From the NCBI GenBank assembly GCA_049999805.1, contig JBNGIO010005069.1, positions 1 through 53,951 of the forward strand: a stretch of 53,951 nucleotides of DNA, in the 5' to 3' direction. Source of the DNA: Folioceros fuciformis. Lineage: Eukaryota. A model generated the notes under the pieces. That model was given only the letters and a program-made list of their open reading frames with translations. It did not search any database and had not been told where the DNA came from. Positions 28,701 through 40,765 of this stretch are shown here, in pieces. Within the stretch, counting starts at the first letter, position 1. Each line of letters starts with the position of its first letter. Position numbers and translations under genes: made by a program.

Positions 28701-29477
28701 CGATGTGTTCTTGGTCTGGTTGCGAGGCTCGACAGGGAACTTGTCCAAATGGATGTGAAGTCGGCATTTTTGCATGGTGATCTTCAGGAAGAGGTATACA
28801 TGCAGCAACCAGAGGGTTTCATTGAGAAGGGCAAAGAGAATCTGGTGTGCAAGTTACAGAAGAGCCTTTATGGTTTGAAGCAGGCACCCAGGGAGTGGTA
28901 TTTCAAGTTCCACTCATTTATGCTTTGTCAAGGCTACAAGCGTAGCGATGAGGATCATTGCCTCTATACGAAGCAAGCTAAGGATGGAAGCTTGCTCATT
29001 CTGGTCCTCTATGTGGATGATATGCTAATTGCTGGGACTAACAGTGATGAGATTTCAGCGTTGAAGTCAAAGTTGAATGGTCGCTCTGACATGACAGACT
29101 TAGGAGAGGCAAGCCATATTCTTGGCATGCGTATTTGTCGAGACAGACAGAAGTGTTTGTTGTACTTGTCTCAGACTAAATACATTAACAAAGTGCTTCA
29201 ACGTTTCAATATGGAGAAGGGGAAGGTCTTAAGTACTCCGTTGCCTCCATATGTGAAACTTTCGAGCAAGGATTGCCCAAGTTCTGCGGAGGATAAAGCT
29301 GAAATGGAGAAGGTTCCATACTCTTGAGCTGTAGGGAGTTTGATGTATGCAATGATTGCTACACGTCCTGACATTGTTGTCAAAATTCACACCAGTCAGA
29401 ACCCTGCAGATGTTCTTACCAAGGGGCTCTCTACGGAGCAATTCGCACAAGCTTGCACACTCATGGGCATGAGGTAG
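25776..29477 (+). pseudogene. Copia gag-pol of element B (gag, CCHC knuckle, protease, integrase, RT, RNase H largely deleted)
   Basis: Motifs CYHCHKKGHINRDC, WIIDSGAS, WHSRLGH, VHSD, LRTDNGGEY, QNGVAER, KARLVAKG and LYVDDML. Stops at 27192 and 29325. RNase H is deleted near 29375, leaving KIHTSQNPADVLTK. Confidence 0.92.
28094..28334 (-). mobile_element. Solo LTR (family related to element A) inserted antisense in element B
   Basis: TG...CA ends and a perfect 5-bp TSD CTTCG (28089-28093 and 28335-28339). The reverse complement starts TGTTAGA and contains ATATTGCAC.CTCGAG.CTA.GGCTTACCTT.TCGA...GGCTATATATGTAGCA, shared with the element A LTRs. Removing it restores VPALRRSGRISRPPDRY. Confidence 0.88.
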
Positions 29478-29948
29478 ACCACTCTCCTATGAAGGTAAAT
29501 TGGCCTTTAAGTGGGAGGTTGTAGGGTTATTTAAGCCCAATGTGCTTAGACTAATGTAATTAGTCTAAGATTAGTGTCTAATTAAATACCATTAGTTTAG
29601 ATTAGCTTAAGCTAATCTTTAGGAAGCTTCTTACATAGCTTCCTGTGAGCTTCTTGTGAAGCTTCCTTGGGAGCTTTTCTAGAGGGTATAAATACCCTCT
29701 TGAGCTCCCTTTGCAATAGAGCTATGAGAGACACTGTGAGACCTATCTTTCTCCTCTCCTCTTCTCCTTCATCATGTGGCTCCCTTTCCGATCCTTCATT
29801 GCACGTGTCACCCATAGCCTCTGCTTGTGTCTGCTAACTGTGTTGATCCTGTGCGTTGCCTAGGCAGCGTTGTGTCTGAGCTGTTTCCTTCATGGTATCA
29901 GAGTAGGAACACTAATCGTGAGACTTCATAAGAGAGGATGGAGTTGTG

Positions 29949-32900
29949 ATGGCGATGGGCTCAGTAACCACCGCGGCCTTGAGGACGCGGGTGTTTGATG
30001 GAACGGAGTTCCATGTATGGAAAAGGTCCATGAAGGTTCTACTGAAAGGTAGAGGACGAGTATGGCATTGCCGAGGGCAAAGAGCCGAAACCCGAAGATG
30101 AGGGGAGAGCGTAGAGAGAATGGATGCGGAGAGACCACAAGGGTACAGCTCTCCTATATATGAATCTCTCTATGGCAGTCCAGTTGAAGGTCGGAGAACC
30201 AGACAAGGGCACGGAGCACATTTGGAATCTTCTCGATGAGAAATATGGTCAGAAGGGAGCAGGTGAAGTATTTCACCTGTTTTGTCATATGACAACATTG
30301 AAGTATTCAGACGGAGACGATTTGCGAAAGTACATCGGCACCTTTCACGGACTGTTTACAACGCTAGCATCAGCTAACGAGCGCTCCGCTATCCAAGAGG
30401 ACATACAGAAGATGTTTCTATATCGTTCTATGCACGAAGCTTGGTCAGGGTTCATAGATTTCCTAATAGCCCAAGACACTCTCACATGGGAGGAGGCCAC
30501 CTCTAAGATGTTGGCGAAGGAGACTCGCCAATCGGACGCAATGGCGGGATCTTCAACTAGTTCGGAGCATTCGATGTTCATCAAGGGGAAGGGACGGAAC
30601 AACCGAAACAAGGACAAGCAGGGGGAGTCCTCACAAGGACAGAAGGACAAGAGAATAGTGAAGAGGGGACAATGCCGGAAATGCTTCAAGTATGGTCATT
30701 ATGAGAAGGATTGCAAGGATCGAAAGACCGCACATCTCACGGAGGGTGAGAGTAAAGGTGAGGTTACGGAGGAAATGCTCACAGAAGAAGTATCGCACGT
30801 GTGCTATAGTACACAAGCGAAACGATACCTGACGATAGATTCTGCATGTACATCCTTTATGGTAAAGGATAAAGAGCTCCTTCAAGACTACAGGAGGGAG
30901 AAGACAGTGGTGCGCCTAGGGAACGGCAGCGAGATAGGCGTCGAGGGTGTGGGGGAGTACAGGCTCAGATTGCTCAACGGCAAGGTCAAGGCAATGGAAG
31001 GAGCGTTGTTTGTACCACATCTACATAGAAATCTCATGTCCGTCGCATCATTGACCGATGCAGGTCTGCAGGTCCTTTTTTACGAAGAAGGAAGTTTTGT
31101 TTCTGAAGAATGGACAAATGCACGGCGATGTGGTGGCAAAAGGCCACCGCACAAGGAACTTGTACCAGATGGAGGTTCCCAACGACCAAGAAGTTCTGAC
31201 AGTGTCGGAGAAATGTGGAAATGCCTTACTATGGCATAGACGGTTTGGGCATACCAACTTGAAGTTTCTCCTGGAGATGGAGCGGAAGAAGCTTGTGACA
31301 GGAATGGAGCTCTAGAAGGCAGAACTTGGTTTGTGTGACGCTTGCATGAAAGGCAAGCATCCCCAAAGATCTTATGTTTCAATCACGAAGAGAGCAAAAG
31401 AAGTCTTAGAACTTGTCCACTCTGATCTTTGCGGACCAATGCAAGTGGAAGCAAGGATGATACAGGCGAAATACTATATTTCGTTTATCGATGACTACAG
31501 TAGGAGAACAGCGGTGTATTTCCTGCGGAAGAAGAGTGATGCCCTCCAAGCATTTCAAATGTTCAGGGCGACCGTGGAGAAACAAACCGGAAAGAAGTTG
31601 AAGAAACTTCGAACTAATGGGGGAGGAGAGTATTTGAGCAAACTCTTCAAGGATGAATGCACAGCGGCCAGAATTGAGAGGCAGTTGACGACAAGGTACA
31701 CGCCACAACAGGCAGGGATCGCCGAGCGGAAGAATCGTACCATCTGCAATGGCAATAGGAGTATGCTAGCGGAAAGCAGGATGCCAAAATATTTTTGGGC
31801 AGATGCAGTGGCAACGGCGGTACACGTACAAAATATGTCAATTACCATGGCGCTAGGCGGCTCCATGACACCCCAAGAAGCTTAGTTTGGTGAGAAACCT
31901 AATGTCTCACACTTGCGAGTGTTTGGCTGTCTAGCATATGTGCATGTTCCTAAGCAACTACAGAAGAAGTTGGACGGCAGAAGCATCAAGTGCAGCTTCA
32001 TTGGTTATGCGAGTGAGCGAAAGGCCTACAGATTGTGGGATCCCGTCAGCAAGCAGGTGTATGAAAGTTCTGATGTCGTGTGCGCTGAGAACAACTTCGG
32101 AAGTCATGCGGAGAGCACGGCTGTTTACACGGATCTCGACTCTGAGTTTATCCATGACACCTTCCTTGTTCTAGATCCACCAACGATAGCAGAAGAGGAT
32201 CACCACATACCGAAGGGTGATGGTGAGGACATTCCAGCAGATGAGGTCATACCACCTATTGTTCCCACAGGAATTCTCGGAGGAGGAAATCCAGAAGGAG
32301 CACAACAGCAGCAGCAAGTTGAGGAGTTAGTTCCAGCATTGAAGGACGCAGAGGGCGAACCAACAGCAGTTATTCCGAGACGGTCGACAAGGGTCCAACT
32401 GCCTTTGCGGAAGGTCCTTGAGAATGCCCAGCTCAACATGGTGAGCGGACCAGAATGGTGTTTTCTTCTCGAAGATGATATCCCGCTCACAATTGAGGAA
32501 GCATGAAACGGACCTAAAGGTGAGTTCTGGAATGAAGCTATTCGTACTGCGTATAATTCGATGCTTGAAAACAACGTTTGGATGTTGGTTGATTTGCCAC
32601 CTGGAAGAAAAGCCGTCGACTGCAAGTGGACTTTTATGAAGAAGTACAATGCTGACAGAGCTCTGGAAAGGCACAAGGCGAGATTAGTGGCTCGCGGTTT
32701 CACCCAAGTGAAAGGGCTGGACTACGAGGAGACCTTCTCCCCGGTAGTTCGCATGAACAGCTTGCGAACCTTATTTGCTGTGGCGGCAAAGCAGGACTGG
32801 CACATACATCATTTGGACGTTACGACTGCATTCCTTTACGGTGAGTTTGTCGAAGACTATATGCGGCAACCTCCAGGTTTCGAGGTTCTGGGCATGGAGG

Positions 32901-34024
32901 ATAAGGTGTGCAAACTTCTTCGGTCCATTTACGGTTAAAAGCAATCCGCCTTACGATGGTTTATGAGATGCGACAAAGCCCTAAAGCTTTTGGGGTTTAC
33001 ACCATCTTCCGTTGACTCGAACGTCTACATTAAGAAGGTTGGTGATGTTCACCTGGTACTCGTCTTGTATATGGACGATGCCCTCATTTTCGGGAACAAC
33101 TTGTCTGAAATCCAAGAGGTTAAGCGACAATTGGGAATGAGTTTCCGGATGCGTGATCTTGGAGAGGCAACTTTCTTTCTGTGTATGCATATCCATAGGG
33201 ATAGACAGAAGCGAATGATTCACATCAGCCAGCCTAGGTTTGCTTCTCTTATTCTGAAAAAGTTCGGTATGCACAACTGCAAGCCCATAAGTTCCCCCAT
33301 GGAACCCGGACTCCGCTTGTTTGAGACCGACTTTTCTGAGGACCCTATTCCGGAGGACGTCCCCTTCCGGGCCCTCATTGGCAGCCTAATGCACCTTATG
33401 GTTAGCACCCGTCCAAATCTGTGTTATGCGGTGATTACGCTCAGCCAATTCTCCGGATGCTACACCACAACCCATTGGCAACTTGCAAAGCGGATTCTAC
33501 GGTATCTTCAAGGCACCATCCCTTACGGCATCACCTATGATGGAAATGGCTTTGCAACAAATCTTCAGGTTTACACTGATGCCAGTTGGGGCACCAACAA
33601 GGATTCCCGATCTACCACATGATGTTGTTACATGCTATGCGGAGGAGCCGTCGGATGACTCAGCAAGAAACAATCAGTTGTCGCACGCTCCTCGGCCGAG
33701 GCCGAATACATTGCCCTATCCATTGGGGGAGCCGACATCGCATGGTTCAAACAACTTCTTGCAGATATTGGCATAGTCACGGGGAAACCTATCCAAGTTT
33801 TTGTTGATAGCATGAGCTCAATTGCTCTTGCTCATCGACCCGGTTTTCAACCTCGCACTAAGCACATTCCCATACACTTTCATTTTGTGCGTGATTTAGT
33901 CGACAAAGTCATGCTTCAAATCTCATACCTCCGCACCGAGGAGGTGGTGGCGGATATCTTCACCAAGGCGCTCAGTGGCGCAAAGTTCGCCCGTTTTCGT
34001 TCAAATCTTGGCATCGGTAAGTAG
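29949..34024 (+). pseudogene. Copia gag-pol of element A (degenerate)
   Basis: Motifs FDGTEFHVW, CRKCFKYGHYEKDC, IDSACT, WHRRFGH, LVHSDLCGP, RTNGGGEY, KARLVARG, LYMDDA and ADIFTKAL. Several stops and frameshifts are present. Confidence 0.92.
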
Positions 34025-37000
34025 CTTTAGCTTGAAGGGGGAGTGTTAGAGATTCAATCCTCTCATACTCACTCTCGTATATTAGGATATATTAGGATAT
34101 TGCACTCTCGAGTCTAGGGCTTACCTTCTCGATAGTTGCCCAGCCTATAGGCTATATATGTAGCACACTGTGCACCATATTGCCTTGTACTTTCGAGTCC
34201 ATCTAAGCCAGTGGTGCTATTGCGCGTGTCACCCATAGCCTCTGCTTGTGTCTGCTAACTGTGTTGATCCTATGTGTTGCCAGTCTGAGCTGTTTCCTTC
34301 ATTCCCACTTCCACTTGGCTCGGATGCCCACGCATTCGTGTAGCGTTGCTTCTGCTCGTGGGATGTTGGTATGCCAATTGCCCGGACAATAAGTGAGAAT
34401 TCAATAGGTTGTGAGAAATGCGAAGATCAAGTAAAGCCGTGAAGTAAAGTCACTCACGGATGCGACCACATGCCTGCTGAATTCGCGGCCCTGTTCCTTC
34501 GATGCTTTGTCCGTTATGTCGACGATGGTGTCGAAGATGCCCATGGAAACGATGCGCTGCGTGTGGTTGGTGTGGTCGATCATGGGCGGGTCCCAGCTGC
34601 AGAAGCACGTCGGAGGGGTTGAAGCAAGTAATTGCAGGCAGTGAGAGCTGGAAAGCTAGTTCGGTGCTGGTGGGTTGAGTGACGGGGTTGAGAATGGTTA
34701 CGACTGGGTGACCGGCTAGCAACAGCACCTTTTGGTAGCAGCCTGGAATCGGTCGAGCTCGTCCTGGGGAACTCCCGACACGTTGGTGTAATCGTCAAGT
34801 ACCGTGGCCAGGACCATGAGCTGGGCCCTGACCCTCCGCACCGCAGCCATCTCGGGCTCGAAGTCTGTTGCAGCCGCGCACGGGAAGCCTGGAATCACGT
34901 TGTGGCGAGCAAATGGGAGACGATTGAAGCGACATTCTGCTACCCATCTCCATACGGACGCATTAGAAGCAAAGTGAAGGCAAATTCAAGACTCAGTTCC
35001 TCGAAACTGGAAGGGACTTTAAGTGCCCTTACTCCTTCAATGCGTTCAGCTCCGCGTGGTACGGATTGCAACAAATTGAAGTCTGCTTTCGCAAGGGATA
35101 GGAATGTTGAATTGCAGACGCTATACATCCTGTACAAATTTGGAAAAGGGTGGATACAGTTACATCGGTACCCAACGGATTGCTCAGTCTCAACTGTCAG
35201 GCGTTGATCCGTAGGTGAGAGCCAATGTGAAACGGAAGCAACCCACCTGTTGAGGCTTTTGAAGATCCACACGTCATCAGGGCCGTAATGATCGATGTAA
35301 GCCCTGGTCTCAAACCGAGGCAAGCTGGCGTACCAGGGCCAGCTCAAAGCGTACTCCAGCTCTCCTCGGAGATCTCTGGATACGACCCACCTGTCCGATA
35401 CCTGCGGCTGTCGCAATTTCTCCGGCAGATGAAAGCGCGTGTACTCCTAGGCCTTGTCCAGCAAGTCCTCGTCTGGGAAACGCATTGTGGACGCGCGGTG
35501 CAGATTGAACATGGGGGTGACATCGGTGTCCAGGTCGCACCCGTGGTCGACCTAGCACGAGAAGTGGTCTCCCTTGCAGAAAGCCTTGAACACACATGCA
35601 TGCGTTGTACACAGACAGCAGCGCGATGAGCGGTAGCAAGCTCAAGGACCCAAAACGGGAAGACACATTGCGTGTAATGTACATGTACAGTCGGGTCAGG
35701 GAACCTGCAGAGACAGGATAGCCGTGCTGGCGCAGCAAGCGAAAGTCCATGCTGGTGTCGTCCAGGTCGGTTACAGTGCAATCGGTGGCCCAGCTCAGGC
35801 CCCGTTCTGTCCAACGCTGGAAGGCGAAGTCCAGGATGTCCTTGATCTCGGACTTGAAATAGCGCGCAATTCCCAGGCGCTGCAGTCTGTCGACGATCCA
35901 CAGCCGCTCGAAGATATCGAGCGGCGACAGGTTGGGGATAACACCCCCCGTTGTCTTCACCAGCAGGGTGAGGTAGTGCAGCGCCTTGCTGTCGCCGGTG
36001 TGCATGTACAAGCAGGCGGTCCCGGCGGGAGAGGTGAGCATGTGGCCCGCCGGCGACTGCAGCCGCCGAATCTTGTCCCAGTCTATGCCCTCCAGCGCGT
36101 CCATCCCTTCCAGCGACGCCAGGAGCGTCGTCGCCTGCGAATGCATCAAATCCACCGGAATCTGCTTCAGCTTGTGCTCGCGATCCCACAGAAGCTTGCT
36201 GATGGCGGCCTCGTTGTACGGGAGATCGAGCTGGAGCGCGGTCGCCCGCTCCAGCATCGCCGGGAACACCATCTCGAATCCCACGGTTCTGTGGATGTGG
36301 TCCTCGGAATCCAACTGGTGCACATGTTGCCAGATGAATGCGCATCCTTTCCGCACCGCATCGGGATGCACACTCCATGTTCGCAGCGCTACTACGCAAG
36401 CCAGAGTCACCACCAGGCGATCGTAGATGTTGAACAACGGCGCGTCACCCGCCCAGCAGCCTTCCGGCAGCTGCGAATGCCCCATCCACTCCAGTGCCTT
36501 GGGGAAGTGCGGCCCGTGGACGCCGGCCACCGCCGGCACCATGGCCACCCAGGCGGCATCGTAGGGGCTCCCGGAGATGGCCCCGTCACCGAGAGACCGA
36601 AGCATACTGTGGATGCTTCGGATCGACTCCTGCATCTCGGGATGCGGATGCAGATGTGCATCACGTCCATCATTCGGAGGTGCCACATGGCTAGCCCGCT
36701 GCGGCGCCTCCACCTCGTAACCGGCCACAGCTGCTTGTGAACCCGTGGCCTGAGCGTGCAGCGGCCCATGGCAATGCGCAGGGACGACTGCACTTGCCAT
36801 GCCCCAGCATCAGCATGTGCATGTGCCCCTTTGGAAGACTTGCATCCTCTGTTTGTCGTGATGGACTCGACCTTCACGATATGGATGCCCCGCCAATGAA
36901 TTTTCGCCACTCCGTTTTGGGCTTGCGGATACCACCAGTAGCTGGTCGGATTCGGAGAAACTGCTGCTGCTGGTGCTCTTGTGACGGTCGCTGCTGCTGC

Positions 37001-37319
37001 AGCCCTTGGTTCCAGCTTCTTAGGATGAGATGACCTCTCCACCTCGAATTTGCCCTGCAACGACGGTCCACTATACGTACATTGTTGAGAGGCCTGCGTC
37101 TCGGCATTGTCCGACTTTCATGAACAGTATTATAAGCTGAACGTAGACAACGTACCTTGGACCTTGGACAGCTTGCAAATGATACCCGATGGCCATTAAG
37201 GCCGGCACGTATGTCCGCACGGCCCTCACGGCCACGACATGTACTTCTGTATGTCCTTGCCCATCACCATGCTCTGGTGAGTCATGCATCACCATGCTAT
37301 AGTGAGTCATGCATAATCC

Positions 37320-37872
37320 GAACACGGGACATGAGAAAGCTGCTCGTCCCTACCCGCTTACACGTTACTAATAATACTTGTTTAAGGCTCCCACCAACAC
37401 GGGACATGAGAAAGCCCACCAACACGGGACATGAGANNNNNNNNNNCCCACCAACACGGGACATGAGAAAGCCCACCAACACGGGACATGAGAAAGCCCA
37501 CAAACACGGGACATGAGAAAGCCCACCAACACGGGACATGAGAAAGCCCACCAACACGGGACATGAGAAAGCCCACCAACACGGTACATGAGAAAGCTGC
37601 TCGTCCCTACCCGCTTACACGTTACCAATAATACTTGTTTAAGGCTCCGACCAACACGGGACATGAGAAAGCTGCACGTCCCTACCCGCTTACACGTTAC
37701 TAATAATACTTGTTTAAGGCTCCGACCAACACGGGACATGAGAAAGCTGCTCGTCCCTACCCGCTTACACGTTACTAATAATACTTGTTTAAGGCTCCCA
37801 CCAACACGGGACATGAGAAAGCTGCTCATCCCTACCCGCTTACACGTTACTAATAATACTTGTTTAAGGCTC
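37320..37872. repeat. Composite tandem array of 25-bp units (CCCACCAACACGGGACATGAGAAAG) and 75-bp units that contain the same core
   Basis: 25-bp period over about 37390-37590 (N gap at 37437-37446). 75-bp period with units at 37576, 37651, 37726 and 37801. Confidence 0.92.
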
Positions 37873-38010
37873 CAAGTGCACCACCCTGGCTCACAAGCTT
37901 ACTGTATGTCAACTCCCGTCATTTGCATACCGTGAGATGCGAGTTTAGAGTGGCATGTTCAATCTTTGCTTTCAAGCGTTCTTGTGATTAGGGATAGGGG
38001 AATGTGATTT

Positions 38011-40400
38011 ATGGATAATAATATGAACTTGAGTTTTTGTATTAATTTAGAAGAGTTACCAACTAACAAACCTTTTGTGATGCAGCTTCCTACATTAGGG
38101 TTATTTAACCATACTGACCTAAACTGGGTTTCTTCTCAATATGACCATTCTAGGGCACCAAGGCAGCAAAAACATGTGAAGGTGGCTCATATACTCTTTT
38201 CTAGAGTGGGAGACTTTATTGGGGGAATGAGTGCTATAAGTTCCCATCCTACGAACTTCTACAAGAAGGATTCTAAAGGGCCGAGAAGTTTACCTTGCCC
38301 TCCAGTACTGACAATGCATACAGCTGCATTATATGTTAGGTAAGAAGGTTTGAAGTATGCAAATTGTTTTATTACTTAGGGAGGCATTAACATTGTGAGG
38401 CTGGCTTGCAGGTATTGGTGTTCTTACGGCCCGGAAGACTTTCGTCAAAAGGAGGTGGGAGTGTCACGTGGTGCTAATACAACTAAGTGTAAGGTCCTCC
38501 GTGGAGAGAGTGTCAAGCATGGTTGCTAAGCAAATTTTAGGGTGAAGAAACTTCTCGTGTGGCCTACGGTTGCTGATATTGGTCTTTTTGAACATAGGCA
38601 TATTGACCTTTCAAGTGCTATATGTCATGGGCCTGGGTACGAAGGCTTACCCCTTGATGTCAAAGCAGCATGGCTTTCACATGAAAAGAAGGATTGGATC
38701 AGGCATTGCCTATATTGCAAAGTTCATGTCGATGAAATAATGCGTCGGTATCAAGATGCATTGTATGTTTGAATCAACAATCAGACAGAGGTATGTGAGC
38801 TAGTAAGAGATGATTATATGCAAAGATATGATGTTCTCAATATACTTACACAAGTTGAAGTTAGTGAATGGAAGCTAGCCCCGGATGATGCCACATTAGT
38901 GTCCCTGTGGTTGGAGCAAAATGAGTCTATAGTCTTCCACCAATCAAGCGAGAATCAACCTTTTGCTTTGGGTATTCAAACTCCTTTTATGTTAAATTGC
39001 ATTTTGCTTTATGGGAATGGTAATGTGCTAGCTATGGATGCAACTTTTGGGTTGAACAGGTATTGCTACCACTTATTCATCATGATGGGTTTTGACTATT
39101 ACTTGAACGGTGTTCCAGTAGCATGGGCTATTACAAAAGATGCTACTACTAAGTCACTTGTCACGTGGCTTTCAGCTTTACGGAAGAAGGTTAAAAAGAT
39201 CAACAAGGATTGGGCACCTAGTTCATTCCTTGTTGACGATTGTCAGGCATAGATTTCTGCTATTTGCTCAGTGTGGAATCATAATATGCCTATATTATAT
39301 GCTTGTGGCATGTGCGGAAAGCATGGAGACGGAATTTATTGAAGAAAGTGCACTCACAAAGTAATCGAATTTCAATATGGTCAGAGCTAGGGGATATTAT
39401 GTATGTCACAGGGGCAAGCACATCTTCATAGTATCTTTCCATAGGAAGAAGTATGCTACAAAATTTTTATGACAAGTGGGGAAGAAGTGAAGGAGACTTT
39501 GTGAGATATATGAAGGTCCAATGGGGAGAGACTATAAATATGAGGTTGTGTAATGCTAGAATGTTGCCTCATGCAGGGCAACATACAACTTCAGCTGTGG
39601 AAGGATTCCATAGATTTATAAAAGAACGTGCAGCATTTAGAAAGTCAAGTTTGCCTGGCCGTAGACTAGACTAGTTACTACACCAATTAGTGAATGTGGT
39701 TGCCCGACATTATTGGTACCAGCACTTCACGAAAGAAGGGGGATACACGCGTAATAAGAAGCTGGAGGGTTTGAAGAAAACCGCTATGAAGGGTTCAGAA
39801 ACTATTTCTATTAGCTCAATTATTTTATTGCATGCTAAAAATGTTGCTGCACATTGTTTGTCTTCATCGACCCCTAACTTGTGGTATTTGATTGAACATG
39901 TTTACTCTCCTTGGACTACATGCTCATGTCCAATGGGAAACAAAGGTTTCATATGTAAGCATGTGGTGAAAGTTCAACAACTCCTTGGCATATACAAGGA
40001 TGGTGCAGCAGCAACTAGGCAAAATGGAAGAACAAATGGAGCATATGTTGCTAAAAGTAGTGATACCAACAACTTGGCTATGGCTTTTTGGATGCAAGAT
40101 CAAGAAGCTCCACACACTGTATTGCCTAGTAACCCCTTGGTGGCACCAATATGTAAGAATGAATTGGAGATGGCAAAAGAAAAATGGTTGGATTTTATTA
40201 AAACGGCATGTGCTGAAGTATGTAATACCACATTTGAGCATTCAAATTTAGCTTTTGGGATAGCCTCCATTATGGAGCAAACTCAATAGAAGGTGAGTCA
40301 ATTAATGGCACAGGCAAACGAACAACCTCAACGGAAACAAGTGTTGGAAACTTTTGCTGAGAATGAGGGCACAAATAGACTAAAACGATATGTTGGTTTG
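38011..40400 (+). mobile_element. Degenerate Mutator-like (MULE) DDE transposase with SWIM zinc finger
   Basis: Motifs YWCSYGPED, ICHGPG, AMDATFGLNRY, GVPVAWAI, FLVDD, CLWHVRKAW, TTSAVEGFH and SWIM CSCPMGNKGFICKHV. Many in-frame stops and frameshifts. TIRs were not identified. Confidence 0.8.
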
Positions 40401-40588
40401 GAGGAAGTTGTGTATAAGAAGAAAAAGACGGTGAGGTGGAACATAGGCAGTTGATAAAGAGTGGATTGATGAGTTGAAATAGGCTTTTGGTTTTAGAACT
40501 TGACCAATCCACTTTTGTAGGGTGCTGAGAGAAGATAACAGATAGCACTCAGTTTTGATCGGGTTAATTACGCTGTTTGTCTTAGAGG

Positions 40589-40765
40589 TCAGAATCCTCT
40601 TCTGAATTCGGCAACTAGTGTCGAAGAGCCTTATGGATCAGAATCCTCTTCTGGTTTCAGAAGGTGAGAATTCGGCAACTGCTGTCGAAGAGCCTTATGG
40701 GTCAGAATCCTCTTCTGGTTTTAGAAGGTGAGAATTCGGCAACTGCTGTCGAAGAGCCTTATGGG
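40589..40765. repeat. Three-copy tandem repeat (49-64-bp units)
   Basis: TCAGAATCCTCTTCTG...GAATTCGGCAACT..TGTCGAAGAGCCTTATGG at 40589, 40638 and 40702. Confidence 0.85.

Larger units (their letters stand above)
24903..29798 (+). mobile_element. Ty1/copia LTR retrotransposon B, nested in the 5' LTR of element A
   Basis: LTRs 24903-25239 and 29520-29798 (TGTAGGG...CCTTCA). TSD TTGCG/TTGCA. PBS TGGTATCAGAGC at 25242. PPT AAGTGGGAGG at about 29509. Confidence 0.95.
24722..34301 (+). mobile_element. Ty1/copia LTR retrotransposon A (outer element), inserted in the diterpene synthase alpha-domain exon
   Basis: 5' LTR 24722-24902 plus 29804-29892 (split by element B). 3' LTR 34044-34301, TG...CA. 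PBS TGGTATCAGAG at 29893 (tRNA-iMet). PPT GAAGGGGGAG at 34034-34043. Confidence 0.95.
24150..36800 (-). pseudogene. Bifunctional-type (class II/class I, CPS/KS-like) diterpene synthase pseudogene, interrupted by nested LTR retrotransposons
   Basis: Exons 36800-35705, 35595-35247, 35129-35033, 34947-34729, 34596-34458, 34351-34302 joined to 24721-24525, and 24434-24150. Motifs: SPYDAAW, QLPEGCW, DIFERLWIVDRLQRLGIARYF, DLDD (35757-35768), SLPRFETR, DDYTN (34782-34796), RLLNDLRSYQ and C-terminal LLFEPVH*. Lesions: TAG stops at 35552-35554, 35447-35449 and 24213-24215, a CAT acceptor at 35596-35598, and frameshifts near 35060 and 34320. The start codon is uncertain. Confidence 0.93.

Noticed and set aside
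35724-36740. 338-aa plus-strand ORF and 351-aa alternative-frame ORF over the terpene synthase exon
   Set aside because: These are shadow ORFs caused by GC-rich codon usage and have no recognisable motifs.
36801-37135. Possible longer N-terminus or transit peptide for the synthase (Ala/Ser-rich frame from 37060, TATA-like motif near 37130)
   Set aside because: An in-frame TGA lies just upstream of the ATG at 36800, and no convincing intron or ATG links the upstream frame. It cannot be resolved without transcripts.
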